DNA of 64,000 bases. It comes from Selenomonadaceae bacterium (GTDB taxonomy: Bacteria > Bacillota > Negativicutes > Selenomonadales > Selenomonadaceae). The notes under the pieces are model-generated. The model was not told where the DNA came from. It did no database searches and saw only the letters and a program-made list of their open reading frames with translations. The DNA lies in the NCBI GenBank assembly GCA_017549815.1, contig JAFYNH010000018.1:586-64585 (forward strand), read 5' to 3'. Numbering within the stretch: the first letter of the stretch is position 1; every line of letters begins with the position of its first letter. A program made the translations under genes and the position numbers. Below are positions 62,401-64,000 of the stretch, piece after piece.

Positions 62401-64000
62401 CTTTAATTACGGTTAATGGTGTTAAGTCTTTGGACGGAATTTCTCAAAGCGGCTCTAATATCACAATCGCGAACTCCTCTTTGAATCAATCAAACGTCAC
62501 GATAAGCAACGGTTATAATTTGAAACTTCAAGGGGTTGCGGCTCCGAAACATACTGCGGCTCATTTCGACGGCATGACTTACAAGTCGGCAAGCAACACG
62601 GCGGGTTATACTTTAGCCGACAATCAAATCACCTACACGCCGGCAGTTGCGGAAAAAGATTTATTTACAATCAGTGGTGTTAAAAACACGAGCGGCATAA
62701 CGATTGACGGCACAACAGTTAAGATTCCGCTGTCCGCGCTGAATAAGGCGAACGTCACAATCAGCAATAAAAATTACAATCTCGCGCTTGCCGACGACGT
62801 GAAACCGCCCGAAACTACGGAGGCAGGCTGGACGCTCAGCGGCACGACTGCTATTTATAAAAATGCCTCGACGACTGCGGGCTATAGTTTGAATGCAAAC
62901 AATCAGATTGTCTATACGCCAGCAAGCGGCGGCGAGACTTTAATTACAGTTAAAGGTGTTAAATCGCTCGACGGACTCTCTTTAAGTGGCAAAGTTGTCA
63001 ATGTTAAAGCATCATCTTTGAATAAGTCGAAGGTCACAATCAGCGGCGATTATAAGCTGGCTCTCGATGATGATGAAGTTCCTAAGCCTAAGACGACCAA
63101 AGCTTGGAGCTTTAACAAGAACGATTCTGTCGCCACTTACAAGCAAAAGACGACGGCAGGTTACACTCTCGCCAAAAACGCCAAATCCATTTCCTATTCA
63201 AATAAGTCGACTAAGAATTTAATAACAGTCAAAGGTGTCAAGTCGGCGAACGGGTTAAAGCTCAACAGCAGAGTCGTCACCGTTCCGAAAGCGGCTCTTA
63301 ATCAAAAGACGGTAACAGTCAGCGACGGCTTTACTTTAAAACTCGGCAATGGTGTTGCGACGCCCGAAACAGCTTCGGCAAATTGGGTTCATAACGGCAC
63401 GACTGCAACCTATAAAAGTTCCTCGACAAGCGCGGGCTATTCCACTTCAAGCGACGGCAAATCAATCACTTATTCGCTGGCAACAGCTTCTTCAACGCTC
63501 GCGACAATCAAGGGCATTAAAGACAACGTTAATCCCACGCCGAAAAGCAAAGTCATCACGCTGAAGAAAGCAAATTTGAGTGGGAGCAAAGTAACAGTCA
63601 GCGGCAGTTACGGCTTCAACTTCGCAAAGGGCAATTACAACGATACTTCGATTGTCGGCAGTAAGAATAAAGATTCGATAACGAGTAATGGTTCCAACCT
63701 TTCTATTAAAGGCGGCAATGGCAATGATGTTATCAGCCTTTCCTCTGCCGCGAAAAACAACGTCATTGTCTATAACAGCGGCGAAGGCAACGATACAATT
63801 TATGGCTTAGATGACAACGATACCCTCAAGATTGCGACAGGCACGACAAGCGTTACAACCAAAGGCAACGACGTTATCTTTACGGTCGGCAATGGCAAAA
63901 TCACGGTCAAGGGTGGCGTCGGCAAAACTATCAATTACGTTGACAAAAACGGCGAGAATACTTATCCCAAATCAAAGAGTGTTACGCTTACTGAAGATTA
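59421..64000 (+). CDS. Second giant beta-roll/repeat protein, paralogue of 6225..15017, at least 1526 codons. It runs off the right edge and so is not in the ORF track.
   Basis: My own translation from the ATG at 59421 (MAVISNSSDNTLITGTDMSDSIKIG...). I spot-checked the frame at 61011 (NGGTGNDVVWNYG) and at the window end (YPKSKSVTLTED). It has the same NxxINGGxGNDxI beta-roll units, the same GDGxDxIxGFxxxSTLxI...GAAS module and the same ~90-aa repeat family. Confidence 0.85.
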   Translation, partial: MAVISNSSDNTLITGTDMSDSIKIGSGYATYSDRHYGKVTVDAGAGNDTIVSFARQSSINASTENDFIDNRGASSTIDGGAGNDTITNIGNYVSINGGMGDDSIYTDKNKVVGIFYNEGDGNDTVEGFNSSSMIQIGDGSGTYATQQSGSDVIVYVGDGSIVLTGAASLSSKIYINGVDGRIPAWRINGTTATYGTSSNTLITVSGVKSLNSISLNGNVVTIDESALNQGTVTISNGYALSLGNNVTTPNYTAASWSLSGNTAIYSGGANTAGYELSNNQISYVAAKSSDSFTVSGVKSTNGLTVAGNVVTVGNSALNQETVTISNNNYTLALGNDVTQSTTAEAGWTLSGTSATYKTAATSAGYKLANNQISYVAASGGESVKVSGVKSLDGLSISGKTVTVSNASLNQSKVTVSDGYTLKLGNDVATPSSVAAGWTVSNNIATYKAAQTTAGYSVSDNQITYAAASGGSVLAQLSDVKGKPSIESYSYLTDKVIISADNFVGNEISVVSNAGDYIFSLASGSYGNVVFNGGTGNDVVWNYGSNLTINGGNGDDYIKNEYEIERDDATGEWITLNSNDNVFINGGAGNDSVYNLSSDNCTINTGDGNDFLYNEANNVSMSGGAGNDSIENWGGNVTFIYKEGDGKDTIYGINSTSTLSIAGGTYSTQISNADVIVAVGGEKINLHNVFATADTLNINDDKIVLERQFKLTDGDDYVYGIKRDSISVDADAGNDRIDNYGDNVKIDGGAGNDSIYNEYGDNVSINGGDGDDYISNSDYGSNVKIDGGAGNDSIQSNGASVTINAGNGNDTIHLGYYSENNLIVYNAGDGNDVIYGFKANSTLSIGGGTYLKSTSGDNVIVTVGTGKITLNGAASLASVNIAGEEKKTWQLNGTTATYGTSTDTLITVSGVKSLNGISLSGSTVTIANSSLNQSPVTISKGYTLALANDVTRSQTTSAHWELKGSTATYKNTSTSAGYSVVSNQIVYNEANGGEALITVNGVKSLDGISQSGSNITIANSSLNQSNVTISNGYNLKLQGVAAPKHTAAHFDGMTYKSASNTAGYTLADNQITYTPAVAEKDLFTISGVKNTSGITIDGTTVKIPLSALNKANVTISNKNYNLALADDVKPPETTEAGWTLSGTTAIYKNASTTAGYSLNANNQIVYTPASGGETLITVKGVKSLDGLSLSGKVVNVKASSLNKSKVTISGDYKLALDDDEVPKPKTTKAWSFNKNDSVATYKQKTTAGYTLAKNAKSISYSNKSTKNLITVKGVKSANGLKLNSRVVTVPKAALNQKTVTVSDGFTLKLGNGVATPETASANWVHNGTTATYKSSSTSAGYSTSSDGKSITYSLATASSTLATIKGIKDNVNPTPKSKVITLKKANLSGSKVTVSGSYGFNFAKGNYNDTSIVGSKNKDSITSNGSNLSIKGGNGNDVISLSSAAKNNVIVYNSGEGNDTIYGLDDNDTLKIATGTTSVTTKGNDVIFTVGNGKITVKGGVGKTINYVDKNGENTYPKSKSVTLTED
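60010..60850 (+). repeat. Three to four divergent ~90-aa tandem domains (first array) in giant protein 2
   Basis: The SGVKS anchor (AGCGGCGTTAAATC and variants) occurs at 60033, 60303 and 60576, with spacings of 270 and 273 nt. Confidence 0.75.
62120..63600 (+). repeat. Six divergent 86-93-aa tandem domains (second array) in giant protein 2
   Basis: The (S/N/K)G(V/I)K anchors occur at 62142, 62415, 62673, 62952, 63231 and 63510, with spacings of 258-279 nt. The unit is ..LITV.GVKSL.G.SL.G..VT.....LNQS.VTIS.GY.L.L..DV........W.L.G.TATYK...T.AGY.L..NQI.Y..A.GGE. Confidence 0.75.

Overview
This is a 64-kb chromosomal segment from an AT-leaning bacterium (low to mid 40s % GC by eye, not computed). 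It is probably an anaerobic diderm, given waaA::lpxK, nrdG and a Firmicute-style AddB. I cannot fix the lineage from sequence alone; Negativicutes-like is only a guess. All family calls come from motif recognition in the translations; no database search was possible.

Two large ORFs run off the window edges and are therefore missing from the supplied ORF track. One is a Type ISP restriction-modification enzyme (1..2745, minus). The other is a second giant repeat protein (59421..64000, plus).

Left to right, the window holds:
- Type ISP R-M enzyme, an unknown repeat-bearing membrane protein, nrdG plus a coupled micro-membrane ORF, and a DUF1385 protein.
- A 2930-aa RTX/beta-roll giant protein with seven near-identical 267-bp repeats, then a GT61::ChW glycosyltransferase.
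- A lone addB, a trpE/trpG-like pair, brnTA, a TPR protein, larE, and an ABCD-type ABC transporter.
- A decayed patch (IS5 remnant and a gutted carboxylesterase), an MmeI-type R-M enzyme, and an unannotated 30-aa hydrophobic-peptide ORF with a near-consensus promoter.
- An aminotransferase, an XAT acetyltransferase, a glucosaminidase lipoprotein, trpS, waaA::lpxK, an Rpn nuclease and a GGDEF protein.
- A ~17-kb co-directional minus-strand array: murE-murF-[hicA-hicB]-mraY-murD-[four-helix-bundle]-murG-[relB/dinJ-like-vapC]-murC::ddl-[antitoxin-yoeB]-gmd-[colC::colD-like]-manC-[GT11::GT2].

Most notable observations:
1. The cell-wall operon is studded with three translationally coupled type II TA pairs and lacks ftsW, ftsI, ftsL and mraZ.
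2. A GDP-mannose-derived 3,6-dideoxyhexose (colitose-like) pathway carries a fused synthase/3-dehydratase with His in place of the PLP lysine, plus a Cys cluster.
3. Two giant paralogous beta-roll proteins are built from an unrecognised ~89-aa repeat, one of them next to a GT61::ChW enzyme.
4. The 30-aa peptide ORF is a candidate type I toxin.
5. Bifunctional gene fusions are unusually dense.

No CRISPR array, rRNA, tRNA or intact mobile element was seen.
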